Position numbers and translations under genes: made by a program
The notes under the pieces: model-generated
Databases searched by the model: none
The model's input: only the letters and a program-made list of their open reading frames with translations
Told to the model about the DNA's origin: nothing
Shown: piece after piece, positions 14,320-26,355 of the stretch
How the letters are laid out: each line of letters starts with the position of its first letter
How positions within the stretch are numbered: position 1 is the stretch's first letter
Source of the DNA: Octopus sinensis
Taxonomy: Eukaryota
Direction of reading: 5' to 3'
Assembly: GCF_006345805.1 (NCBI RefSeq)
Contig: NC_043004.1
Coordinates: forward strand, 38,254,001 to 38,318,000
Length of the DNA stretch: 64,000 nucleotides

Positions 14320-14562
14320 GATTTACAGGATCATGCTCAAAGTGGTTTCGTCACTCGCACGCACCATCTTTGCTACATTTACCCACCTTTTTTTTAAACT
14401 TTCACGAGACAAAACCTACCTTTCCATTCTCACCTTCCTTTTCAAGTGGTACATGAAAAAGTTGATGAGCGATTGGCCAGAGAGGTAAGTGTTTATCTCT
14501 AATCCTTTCGCTCGAGTCCACCACACACATTCTTTCACCATAGCCACTAATACGATGAAAAC
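13990..14562 (-). mobile_element. Second, shorter 3' fragment of the same Tx1-like LINE
   Basis: Shares the 3' end TTTCTTTATTGGCCACACAGGGCTG and the C-terminal coding region with 4774-5430. Flanked by (GATA)n on both sides. Confidence 0.85.
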
Positions 14563-15596
14563 TAGATAGATAGATAGATAGATGGATAGATAGATACCCG
14601 TTTAATGTTAACTCAGCACCCGAATAGTGATCAACAATGTTTTAATGTAGCCGAGCCAGTCTCTTGCTACTCTGAGTTAGACAAACAGACTGGTAGACAT
14701 ATTGATAAATACATATATACAAACATACATACGTACATGGATTTTCACAAGCTCTCATATATGTACGTATGTATTATGCACAACAATATCTATTTTATGC
14801 ACAAGATAAATTTGAATATTACGAAGTATCACTTTACGTGAATTAATAATGTAAACGTATTCTTACTGTACAAATAGAGTGTGTCACCTATCGTTTCCTG
14901 GTTTGTTAATCACTTCTCACAGACGTCGTACCTGTTCCTTTTATCAGTCAATATCACAGTGCATGTTTATATAAGCATGTTATATGCTTATATCTATGCA
15001 TACTCAACCTTTTGCCTGTTCAAAACAGTTTCATAAGTTGGTCCCAAACGCCCATGCTTGTTTTCTGACTATTATTTAGTCCTTGTTTTAAACATGTTGA
15101 GTAATACAAAGCTTTCATTTCATTAGTCCCAAGTTTATCTAGGGTTGAAAAATATTGGGAATGTGTATCACATATGACGCATGGACGCTGGTTAAATATG
15201 TCCGTGTATCACATGTAATACTTAGGATAGGCAAAAGGTTAAACCTGTACACATTAGATATACGACGACGCCACAGTTTGATAATTTTATTCGGCATTTT
15301 ACATATTTCCTTGTTTGTTGTTTATATTTACTTTGGCATTATTGCTTTGCTTAATCCATTTATCAAAATGAAATGACAACAAAGGTTGCATGTTGTTCGT
15401 GCACTTTGCTGCAGGTCGCAAAGTATCATGAGAAAACCGTTATAACTGAGAAAATCGTCAGCGCCGGGTTTAAAATTCCTGCAGCTGTTGAGTCCTGATA
15501 GATCCCATGTATGTTTATTTTACGCCTGATGTATCTGCTTGGAGTTTTGGTTTGTATTTCCATGAATCTATCTTACATAAGACAAATAAATAAAAA

Positions 15597-15640
<44 letters not shown>

Positions 15641-15728
15641 AGAGTTTACGAAAAAAACAAAAGACGAAGACAGGTGGTGTACAAAACAAACAGATGTATT
15701 AGTATAACGCTCAGGAATAAAAAAAAGT

Positions 15729-15764
15729 CTTTTACGTTTCGAGCCTACGCTCTTCTACAGAAAG
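15729..15764 (-). ncRNA. Variant minimal hammerhead-like motif
   Basis: Reverse complement CUUU-CUGUAGA-A-GAGC(guag)GCUC-GAAAC-GUA-AAAG. Architecture is correct but the core is CUGUAGA instead of CUGANGA. Confidence 0.45.
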
Positions 15765-16156
15765 GGACACAGAAAAAAACAAGGAGAGAAAAAAATACAC
15801 CTGCATGAAAATAAAGATTAGGAAGTCAGTTCTTTATCACCATCATTCCAACTGAGAAAAATAATGAGGGTAACCGCTGCCGAGTGTTTTTTTTTTTTGG
15901 TGGTGGTGATGGTGGTGGTGGGTACGATGGAGCTGAGCTAGTCAACCTCGTGAAATTGCTCATTCTTGGTACCTTTAGAGGGTGTGCCACTTCGCATAGC
16001 TCCAAACTACAAAAGTATGATTTAAAAAAAATTGTTACAACGTAAATTTCCACACCCTGGTTAAATTTAGTAGAGATTTATTAAGAAATTTGATTTAAAC
16101 ATAACTACAAGTACAAATTTGAGGGCAGATAACTTTCTAGATACAACATTAGATTT

Positions 16157-16440
16157 GTTTGTTTGTTCCTTCTCGAGCCATGCCTGGCTCATAAGGGCCG
16201 GTTTCCCGGTTTCTTGGCGTATAGGTTCCCCACCTTGGAGGTGAGCTGCAAGATGCAGGAGGAAAGAGGGAGAGAAAGTTGTGTCGAAAGACTCAGCAGA
16301 AGTTCGCCATTACCTTCTGCCGGGGCCGCGTGGAGCTTAGGTGTTACGCTCATAAACACACACATCGCCCGATCTGAGATTCGAACCCGCGATCCCTCGA
16401 CCGCGAGTCCGCTGCTCTAACCACTAGGCCATGTGCCTCC
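16157..16440 (-). mobile_element. tRNA-derived SINE with 14-bp TSD
   Basis: Minus-strand head GTGGAGGCACATGGCCTAGTGGTTAG...GGGTTCGAATC (A/B boxes). TSD ACAACATTAGATTT at 16143-16156 and 16441-16454. Confidence 0.85.
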
Positions 16441-16841
16441 ACAACATTAGATTTAAACGTGAGCGAATACTTATCCAAAAGGGAAACCAAACGAGGACAC
16501 CGTATATTTAAGTAAAGATGTCAAACTTATCCTTAGCCATATTTAGGAATCTTACAGCCGGATTATGTAAAAGAGCAGCGGATTTAGCGAGCTGCCTCGC
16601 TGTAATGAACACCCCTCTTTATGCACACTAAAGTAGAATAAGAAAGAAGAAGGTAATCAGGGTTAATCTACAATTCAACATGAATGTAGTCATTGACAGA
16701 GCCAGGTACATTCTGTATCTTGTAAGGCAACTTTTTCCACCTTCACATAATTTTAACAAACTCTAAAACACCAAGAATATTATGGTCAGCCATTCCTGCC
16801 TGATGCGATCGGTTCACCTATCACATAACAAAACAGAAAAC

Positions 16842-17368
16842 GGATCTTTTCGGTTTGAACGCCAGTTTTTTCTAGCGGTGTCATGAAATTGTCACCCATA
16901 ATTATGACCCTAGTATCGATCTATTGCCTTTCAATCTATTTTAGGGTTAGGGTTAGGGGTGGGGGAAATGGTATATTTTTTCCTCACAAATGTAAATAAA
17001 CCCAATCTGTTTCTTAAACGAGGGACATATTCATAGGGTTAGTTAGAGTTAGTTAGGGTTAGGGTTAGGGTTGGGGGAAGGGTATCTTTTTTTCTTTACA
17101 AATGTAAATAAATCCAATCTGTTTCTTAAACGAGGGACATATTCATACGGCACAGAATGTTTTTAACTCAATACACGTCACTGATTGGTTGAAATTGCAG
17201 AAATTGAAGTAAAAAAAACAACAAATATCTTACAAATTATAGAATTTTCTCAATAAAAGCCAAGAGAAAAAGATGTTTTATAAACACATTCTACCAGTAT
17301 ACAAAGTTTAAAATTTTTTAGTTACCTAGAAATTATGTTAAAAACTGCCGTTCAAACCGAAAAGATCC
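16842..17368 (-). mobile_element. Same MITE family, copy 2, with 8-bp TSD (Merlin-like by termini)
   Basis: 29-bp TIRs with 1 mismatch. Perfect 8-bp TSD CAGAAAAC at 16834-16841 and 17369-17376. Internal tandem duplication of about 100 bp bounded by TTAGGG tracts. Confidence 0.9.
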
Positions 17369-17872
17369 CAGAAAACGGCCTGAATTGAAACAACCGAATT
17401 GAAACAACAACGATCCTTCGATATGCTTACTTAGAGTATGAGAACTCTCTAAAACCGCGATTAAATCATCTGCAATCTCTTCGGATGGCATTGGAGGAAG
17501 TTATATGGAATACTCCGCGAATAAACTAAAAACCAGACAAAGAGCTACACTTGAATATTTCAAGGTAAAATGAAAAGCTCTTCTTCCTTCTACTTGTCCG
17601 TCTGATAGCTCAACGATTGGAGATCAGATGGGAAACCAGTAGCATGGAACATCATCGATAAACTACTCCATATTTCAACGAAACTTGAAACAGTGGGTTA
17701 CGACTAACTGAAAATCTCTAATTAAAACGAACAGCTTCATCAATCAATTACCGTGAAACTTAGTGGAATAATAAATGAGATGAGGGAAGTTTCCAACAGT
17801 GCATGGATGAAAGTTGGAAAACATTTATATATATTTCGGGCACAAAGAAGACCACTGTAAAAGAAATGTGTG

Positions 17873-17967
<95 letters not shown>

Positions 17968-18029
17968 GCCTGCCTGTCTACCTGCCTACCTACCTACCTA
18001 CCTACCTACCTACCTACCTACCTACCTAC

Positions 18030-18093
<64 letters not shown>

Positions 18094-18374
18094 TCTTATA
18101 TCAATACATTCTTATATATTCTTTTCCTTTATTCTTTCATTTCTTTCGGTCACTTGACTGCGGCCATACTGAAACACAACCTTAGAAGGTTTTTTAGCCG
18201 AACGAATCGACCCCAGGACCTATTTTAAGACCACTTCTCATGCCATCGGCCTCTTTCGCCAAACCGCTCATGTTTCGGGAACCTTAATACACATGCATCG
18301 GCTGTCAAACGGTAATGATCGGGGGTGTCAATTACAGACACAAAGACAAACGCACCTAGTTATTTATATATATA

Positions 18375-18417
<43 letters not shown>

Positions 18418-19001
18418 TATATTCTGTTGTGTCTGGGGAGAGTTATTTTCTTTTTGTGCCTTATAATGTAACACACTCACCAGTAAAACTTCCACTTTCT
18501 TATTTTTATTTTCCTAAAATTCTCGTTGCGTTTTGCAACCTTTTCAATAGTCTTGACTCTGTCCGATAGAATGTCTACAGAGTTGTCTCCCTTGAAGCAA
18601 AGTTTTAAATATTCTAGCGCAGCGATAAATACTGAATTCCAGTGTTATGCCAGTATTACACTATCCCTATTCTTGACAGGAAAAAATATAAGAAACAAAA
18701 CAAATCTATATATAGCCCAATATAATGAATATTAATAATTTTTTATATAAATATTTATCCACAGGAATATTTTACATTCTATACGTAAAAACTAGCTGAA
18801 TATCAAGGGAGGTAATTATTACAGAAGTTATCTCCCTTAGATTATGTATTTGTATTTTATAAATTAGTTTAACCGGTAGAAGTCAAGGTGGATTGAGTAT
18901 CGATTAGCGATTAAAATTGAGTCAATGCATAAACCCATTTATTTATGTGTGTGTGTTTGTGGTATGAACTTATAGTAACGTTAGTGGGTGTGTTAGTGGT
19001 A

Positions 19002-19447
19002 TGAACGGCAGTTTTTAACATAATTTCTAGGTAACTAAAAAGTTTTAAACTTCGTATACTGGTAGAATGTGTTTATAAAACATCTTTTTCTCTTGGCTTT
19101 TATTGAGAAAATTCTATAATTTGTAAGATATTTGTTGTTGTTTTTTCTTCAATTTCTGCAATTTCAACCAATCGATGACGTCCATTGGGCAAAAAAAAAC
19201 AAAAACATTCTGTGCCGTATGAATATGTCCCTCGTTTAAGAAACAGATTGGGTTTATTTACATTTGTGAAGAAAAAAAAGATACCCTTCCCAACACCCCC
19301 AATCCTAACCCTAACTAACCCTAACCCTAATTAACCCTAACCCTAAAAGAGATCGAAATGCAATAGATCGATACTAGGGTCATAATTATGGGTGACAATT
19401 TCATATGACACCGCTAGAAAAAACTGCCGTTCAAACCGAAAAGATCC
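19002..19447 (+). mobile_element. Same MITE family, copy 3 (left TIR truncated)
   Basis: Begins TGAACGGCAGTTTTTAAC, ends AAAAACTGCCGTTCAAACCGAAAAGATCC. (CCCTAA)n at about 19302-19345. Confidence 0.85.
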
Positions 19448-19944
19448 CGTTAGGGTTAGAATAATTAATGTAAACATAATATTAAATAGTTAACTAGAAT
19501 TTGTTATGCGATGCAGTAAGAAGCTTGCATCCCGGTCAAGTCATTGGTGTCAGTCCCACAGTGTGGCAAGAAACAACATCTTCAAATACGGGAAGTATAG
19601 CGGATATTCTGAGAATACAAGTGTTGCACGTGACCCAAAGGAGGGTGGATTGGCCTACATAAACAGAACCACCAAAACGCACACCATCAAAAAAACAATA
19701 ATGCACAGGTACAAATCTTGTAAGCTGGAAGATAACTTCAGCGTGAAGAAGAGTAGCCTCCCCTGGACTTGTGATAGATTAAGTTACGTTCCATCCAAAA
19801 CAGTGGTGCTCCGTAACCTTACTTCTTATCACTTTCCAAAATTCAGCGACACGTCTGAACTAAAAATATAACAGAAAGTGAAGAAGAAGTGCTACCGGTG
19901 GTAAGTTCTATATTTGCATACTTTTTTCTTTTGTTTTTTTTTAT

Positions 19945-20342
19945 TTGTTTCAGTCATTTAACTACGGCCATGCTGGAGCACCGCCTTTTGTCGAGCAAAT
20001 CGACTCCAGGACTTATTCTTTGTAAGCCTAGTACTTATTCTACCGGTCTCTCTTGCCGAACCGCTAAATGACGGGGACGTAAACACACTAGCATCGGTTG
20101 TGTCAAGCGATATTGGGGGGGACAAACATATACACACCCCCTCACACACACACACATATATATATATACATATATATACGACGGACTTCTTTCAGTTTCC
20201 ATCTACCAAATCCACTGACAAGGCTTTGGTCGGCCCGAGGCTTTAGTAGAAGACACTTGCCCAAGGTGCCATGCAGTGGGACTGAACCCGGAACCATATC
20301 GCTGGTAGGCAAGCTACTTACCACACAGCCACCCCTGCGCCT
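19945..20342 (-). mobile_element. OK-like SINE, full length
   Basis: Head at 20342, internal (CA)/(TA) tract, tail GCCATGCTGGAGCACCGCC. Confidence 0.85.
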
Positions 20343-20639
20343 GAAATGTTTTTAATATTTTATTTTGCTTTTGTATTTTCTATTAAGTTTGCATTATTTT
20401 TGCAAGCAAAACAAGTCTTAGTAATCTACGTAAACAAAAGTTTCGATTTATTTAACGTTTATATATGTGCATATGATAAAACATACCCTGGGAATTTGAG
20501 TGTACATTTCATTCAAAATGAAATTTTCAGATTTGAACATACACTCGTTAATTCTGTTAATAATAAGTCAAAAAACTTTAAAGCAATTGTAAATTAAAAT
20601 TCTGAAAGCCATATTCTGAACGCCTTACTTCCCTGGGCA

Positions 20640-21087
20640 TGGACACATTGAAACTCTGACGTCTGGCAGCTGACTTGGCAGACACCCATAAAATTATCAA
20701 CCATCTTACAAACAATAACTCTGAGCACCTTTTCGAACTCCACCCGTCTAACACCAGTGGACATATTTACAAAGTCAGAAAACAGCACAGCCCCCATGAC
20801 TTCAGGAAACATTTTTTCACGCTGAGAGTTGCTGAAGCATGGAACAGACTGCCGGCATCAGTTGTTAGTTGTCGGAGCACTGCATCCTTCAAAACTTCCA
20901 TGCTTCCTGAGATTTGCCAACACTACACCTGATTTTCTCCCCTCCATACACATGCAAGAATATATCTGATTCATACACTGTTCACTTTCCAGACATTTGT
21001 ACATTACTGCATATACTTTATACGCACTTTCTGACAAGTTGTGGTGCATCTGAGCACTGTATACAATTATTTCATTATTATTATTTT
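20640..21087 (+). mobile_element. CR1/L2-group LINE 3' end
   Basis: TSGHIYKVRKQHSPHDFRKHFFTLRVAEAWNRLPASVV matches the CR1-type C-terminal RGH..FF..RV..WN.LP motif. Ends in (ATT)n. Confidence 0.8.
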
Positions 21088-21129
21088 AAATATTTTGCTC
21101 TTGAATCTTAAATTTTCTATATCTATTAT

Positions 21130-21585
21130 TTATTTTTTAGGCATAACTACATGGTCTTGTGGAACACCACTGTGCCGCTGCATACTGTTTGCGGAGCACT
21201 GATCTAGAAGGATGTGCCTTTGCTATCCACAAATAGGTGATAGCTACTAAATACCTGATAAACAAGTGAGAAACAAAGATACCACCAAACCTCCATGTTG
21301 TGATAGGAAATGCCGGCTCTGCAACACCTGTGTGAAAGGTATCACCTGTATCATCTACAACTGCTTCAAAATGTCTACAAGATACTAGCCACCCATGAAG
21401 CTCGATGATATAGTTGCAAGAACTATTTACAATATTATCCGCAAAAAGGATTGCTCTGATGGATAGGTTAAAGACATGTCGGAAGGAAAATGTATTTACG
21501 CCTTTAAAAACAGGGAATAGTGGCGATACTCCAATAAAAACACAATCCTGATATTGGTCATTTGGCGGGTTCTGAAAGACCTTGT
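21130..21585 (+). mobile_element. Decayed R4/Dong-like (RLE) LINE C-terminal fragment
   Basis: CDRKCRLCNTCVKGITCIIYNC zinc-knuckle-like motif followed by DIVARTIY and a PDI-like remnant. Many stops. Confidence 0.45.
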
Positions 21586-21767
21586 CGTACCTCCACCTTT
21601 ATTCTTTTCTACTCTAGGCACAAGGCTCAAAATTTTTGGAGAGGGGGCCAGTCGATTAGATCTACCCCAGTATGCAACTGGTACTTAATTTATCGATACC
21701 GAAAGGATGAAAGGCAAAGTCGACCTCGTGCCTCCACCTATATTAGCTTCCTCCCAGTGCCCTAGAG

Positions 21768-21986
21768 CAGTGCTTTTCAACATTTTTGCTGGAGCGGGAC
21801 CCCAAGGAAACATTCCACTGGCTCAAGGAACCCCTGTGCAATAATTTAATAGCCTTATGCACATATATCTGCACAGGAGAATTAAAAATTACTGCCGATT
21901 TTAGCAGTTTTGTAACCTCTTGCGGAACCCCTGGACTGTACTGGCAGAACCCTATGGTTCTGCGGAACCCTGGTTGAAAACCACTG
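21768..21986 (+). mobile_element. hAT (Charlie-like) MITE
   Basis: TIRs CAGTGCTTTTCAAC / GTTGAAAACCACTG. Perfect 8-bp TSD CCCTAGAG at 21760-21767 and 21987-21994. Confidence 0.9.
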
Positions 21987-22099
21987 CCCTAGAGTATTTG
22001 GTCAAAGTGTGGTTTCAGATTGTAATGGGTTACACCATTCTGCTTGCAGATGGATTTCTTTATTGCCCTATATTTTAAGATTATTTGGTGTGGACAGGA

Positions 22100-23300
22100 A
22101 GTCAAATGCGGTACACGAAGAGTAGGACAATTTTTCCTTGTTAGTGCCCCAGAGTTCCCACCAGGACAGTGCCTGGTTTCACTGCATCCATTGTACCTGA
22201 CAGACAAGACCTATCAATTTTACACAGCATTCTACTTTGAAGTCACAGCTACTTTGCACATTCTCTGGCTTCTGGTATTGGTTTATCTCCACCCCATGAT
22301 GCTGTAATTGCCAACTTCTTGACCGATCATGCCAACATTCTCCTGGGGCTTCCAGTATGTTTCCACTACCTTCACTGCTTCCTCAAATTTCCAGCTACTG
22401 CTGTCGTTTATGATCTTGTTAGCATGTCTGTCTGACTTTGTCACCATCATAGTAGCAATAAAGTGAAGGCGCATGGCTCAGTGGTTAAAGCGTCGAGCTT
22501 ACGATCGTGAGTTTGTGAGTTCGAATCCCGGACTGGGTTGTGTGTTGTGTTCTTGAGCAAGACACTTTATTTCACGTTGTTCCAGTTCACTCAGCTGTAG
22601 AAATGAGTTACATCGTCACTGGTGCCAAGCTGTATCGGCCTTTGCTTTTCCCTTGGATAACACTGGTGGCGTGGAGAGGGGAGGCTGGTATGCATGGGCG
22701 ACTGCTGGCCTTCCATAAACAACCTTACCCAGACTTGTGCCTGGGAGGGTAACTTTCTAGGTGCTATCCCACGGTCAGTCATGACCGAAGGGGGTCTCAG
22801 TAGCAATATGCCCTCATCTCTTTTTTTGGTGGCTTTAAATTTTTCCACCACTGACGAAATTGATAGACAGAGCTTAGAGATCTTACTGCACAAGTTGACT
22901 GGACTGAAAGCTAGGAAAACGCCCAGCCTACCTTCGCGTGGATTTCCTGCACAATCTCTCCATGCCATATTGGAAGCATTTTCCAAGTAGTTGGCTTTCA
23001 TCACCTACCTTCAGCCAGTTACTTAGTTGCTTCTTAGTATATTTGATGTTGTACTAAAAAATTATCATTGAACTAAAAAGTAGTCACAATTCTTCCCAAG
23101 GTATTGAATTTCCTTATTTTGGTTTGTTAGAACTTCAGACCCCTGAATGTTATTAGTCATCCTTCTTTTGAGGATATGCAGGATCTGAGATTTTGCTGGA
23201 TGGAATTTCAAATAGCTACTTTTTCCAGGGGGCTCACGGTCCACTGCAACCATTGGATTCTTGGTATCATAACAGTTTTGTCATTGCATGAAGGCACTGC
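22100..23300 (-). mobile_element. Decayed HERO-clade (RLE) non-LTR retrotransposon
   Basis: LKFHPAKSQILHILKR..IQYLGK and RLGVFLAFSPVNLCSKISKLCLSISSVVEKFKATK..W.FEEAV resemble the recalled HERO motifs MKFKPAKSRSL and WLG.P.S.S.V.LY....KL.LP.SS.VEEFK. Split by the SINE at 22461. Confidence 0.65.
22461..22798 (+). mobile_element. tRNA-derived SINE with 10-bp TSD, inserted in a HERO remnant
   Basis: GGCGCATGGCTCAGTGGTTAAAG...GAGTTCGAATCC head. TSD AGTAGCAATA at 22451-22460 and 22799-22808. A related head is at 48760-49005. Confidence 0.85.
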
Positions 23301-23613
23301 AGAGTGGATATCTTGTATTATCAGTTTCTGCTCCTCTCGACTATTAAAATAGGTTTGTGGCCAATACAAATAGAATCACTGATAATGTGCACTCTGCTAT
23401 AAAGTCCATTTCTCAGTCTCTTCTACATAGTGCTGAAATGTTTCACGCTGTGCCTTATCTTCACGTGCCACATTATGAATCCAACAACTGCTGTTAGTAC
23501 TTGGTAGTACTCTAGTGCACTTTAGATTAGTGAGTGGAGCACATTTGGGTAGGCTTTGGTGGGATCTAACCATGCCATTATGAGTGTATTGTTGTTCATC
23601 CTTGTCTCCTTAA

Positions 23614-23834
23614 CCCTTTCATTACCGTATTTATTTTCAGATGTTCTGTGTTTCTTTCAATTACTTTAGATATAACAAAGAATTTAGTAAAATAACTTGG
23701 TTATCATTCAGCTAGTGTTAGGAACATAAACTGTGACTAAGGTTTAGCAGAAGATTTTAATTCAGAACTTATGAAAACAAGATATTTGTACTACAGAGCC
23801 AGAGCCGGTTTCAGCCGGGTTGGTAAGAAAAGAG
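23614..23834 (+). mobile_element. piggyBac-type MITE
   Basis: TTAA|CCCTTTC ... GAAAAGAG|TTAA, with TTAA TSD at 23610-23613 and 23835-23838. Confidence 0.8.
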
Positions 23835-23999
23835 TTAATCATGTGACTGACAGCTGTGTGCACTCGTGGCATTTGGGACTCTTACTTTTTAGGCATTCGT
23901 AACGTTGCTTTCATTGGCAAGTTGATATTCTGTTAATCTTTTGGCAATGATGGACCAAAATATATTTCCTTTGATGTCTAAAGGAGAGAAATCCCCAAA

Positions 24000-24400
24000 T
24001 TAGTCAAGTCCTTACTACATCGATTTCTTTTCTGGCAAATTCAAACAACTGCTTTGGGGGTTATGATCTTTCCTGAGACTCGATTTTTGCAGACTTGCTT
24101 GTGCTGATAAGCATTTGATGGTCCCATCGATGTCAACACAAGAATCTTTACTATGTGAATTAGCAAAAAAGTGTCTTTCTGCTTTTAACAGTAAATCATG
24201 CTCGTGGAAGATCAAATTAGAAAAATTCTTGTGATTTTCACATTGTGTCAATGACCCATCATTGAAATAAATAATCCCTATTTTAGGAAAGTTGTGTTTC
24301 AGTAATTCATCAATAAATACCTTTCCTATTGAGCAACTGTAATTCTCCATTTTACTCTGAAATCATATGATCATAAATATTAATATAACTGGCAATCATA
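24000..24400 (-). mobile_element. Decayed DDE transposase fragment (Sola2-like motifs, tentative)
   Basis: IIYFNDGSLTQCENHKNFSNLIFHEHD..LKAERHFFANSHSKDSCVDIDGTIKCLSAQASLQ matches the YFSDG..QYKN..W.FFATSHGK..CDG.GGT.KR pattern. Confidence 0.6.
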
Positions 24401-25959
24401 AAAGAGCACAAAAGCAAATTAACAAGTGACTGTAATAGATTCTATTTGTCTTTTGAACTACATAAAATACAATGTTTTCACATATTATATCAATGTAATG
24501 ACCATTAGTTTTTTACCCTAGAACTGCAATGTAGTAGCACTCTTCCCAAGTGAGTGTTTATAGAGTCAGCATGTTGCTGTCTTGGTTGGAGAAGTTGAAA
24601 AAGTGGACAGTTGAACAAATTCCAAAAGGTGCTCTTACACACTAAGAATTCACAAGAAACTAGATATTAGGCTAGCAAATAACTTTTAAATCATTTTGTT
24701 TTCATGTTGCTTTTAACTTTTTAAAACTTTTATTAATTTTTTTTTCGACTTTATGATTGTCCCATCATTTATCAAATGAGACTAGTAGAATTTTTCTTCC
24801 TTTCAATCCCCTGAATCTTTAAAGGTATTGTAAAAGTATCAGGTTCTATTTGCAAACCACATTTTCATAATTGAAAGTTTTTCTCATTTTTGCACATTGA
24901 TTTCTGTGGCTTTGGACTATTTCCCAAAATGGGAATTTGCCATTTTGGGGAATGGTAATTAATATTTAGAGAAGTTTTATGAGTAAATGCCGTACTTTTA
25001 CATTTATTTATTCACCATCAGGAGTATTTTCATCAGGAGTATTTTCAGAATATTTATAGTTTTATATAGTTTCAATTAAGTGATAAGAAGTTATTCAGGT
25101 TCAAAATTTTACAAAAAGAAAAACACTGAATTTTCAATTGTTTTTCACTTTGTCCTGTTTTTGATGCTTCCCCCTGTTGCACAAGAAAACAAACTTTTGC
25201 GTAAGAGAATTCCTATGTATGTTAAGATTTCAAACCTTTCTATAAGATTAGAGAAGATGGAATGTTCACCAACTGTTCTTATTAAGTAATAGCTACCTAA
25301 ACATTTTATTTTTTTAATTAGCCTCCAGTACACGGAGTTTTGCAATTTTTGGTTGACATTTTTTCTACATTGGCTGCCTTAAAAGAATTAACTTTTAGTG
25401 TCTGAGAGACTTGAGATAGTGGGAATTAAAGAAACATACTTCCCAAGGTATGGTATTAAGCCTATTTGGAATGATGGGCCCCTGAAAATGAAAGAAATTC
25501 AATATTTCGAAAATTGCCTAAAATTTACATAGCCATAAAATCTCACTAGTGACAGCTATGGAGCTGAAACTTTCAGGAAGTACTCCCCTCATGAATACTA
25601 ACAAAAAGATATAAATTTGAAGAAAATCTAAGACCCTTCGTGATTGACCTTAGTTAAATTTCACTGTAATGACCTTTGATGAACTGCAAGACATATAGGC
25701 ACTAATCCTCTAAGTTAGACAAAGTATTTAAGACTATAAATTTTCAATAGTTGTCTATAGATAATCTCTTTTATTAACATAAGTACCATTGAAAGTGGGA
25801 AGTTTGCTGAATCTTCGCAACACATTTCTTCTGGCCTCATGTTCTGAGTTCAGACTTTGCCTTTCATCTTTTCATGGTTGATAAAATAAAATATGCATCA
25901 CTTAAGTGCTGGGGTCGATGTAATCAATTTAATCCCTCCGCCCAAAGTCCAGGTCTTGT

Positions 25960-26322
25960 GGCTATAGTAATGTGCATCTCTGATCACGAACAGAAGTAGT
26001 GGGGAGCATCATAGCCATACGTTGAGAGGGATTCTTAGAAGTTTGGATAATTCACCTCTGGAAACATGGGTGTTTCGTTCAACATCTTTAAACAACCCTT
26101 ATTCAGGGACCTTTTGAGCGGGATGGGTTACTCGACCAGAAGAAAATTCTAACTGGGCCCCACCTGCTGTTTATCTTGATATGAGATCACCATATCGCGC
26201 ACATATAGTTGTGATGCATGTGCCTAGTGTACCCTTATCAGACGGGTAGTCATGATGGGTATACTGGGCTTAGTATATTTTACCCCAGTGTCACTTTGAT
26301 GGCATGCACTGCTCTCTCACTC

Positions 26323-26350
<28 letters not shown>
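25960..26350 (+). mobile_element. LINE 3' UTR fragment with (TAA)n tail
   Basis: Non-microsatellite body ending CTGCTCTCTCACTC(AAT)n. Family not determinable. Confidence 0.45.

Positions 26351-26355
<5 letters not shown>

Noticed and set aside
22694-22990. Plus-strand ORF containing RGFPAQSL, suggestive of an RLE endonuclease or host exon
   Set aside because: The opposite strand carries colinear HERO-like motifs continuing across the SINE, so this frame is most likely antisense shadow.
25017-25046. 15-bp tandem duplication CATCAGGAGTATTTT x2 as an excision footprint
   Set aside because: No associated element; indistinguishable from slippage.
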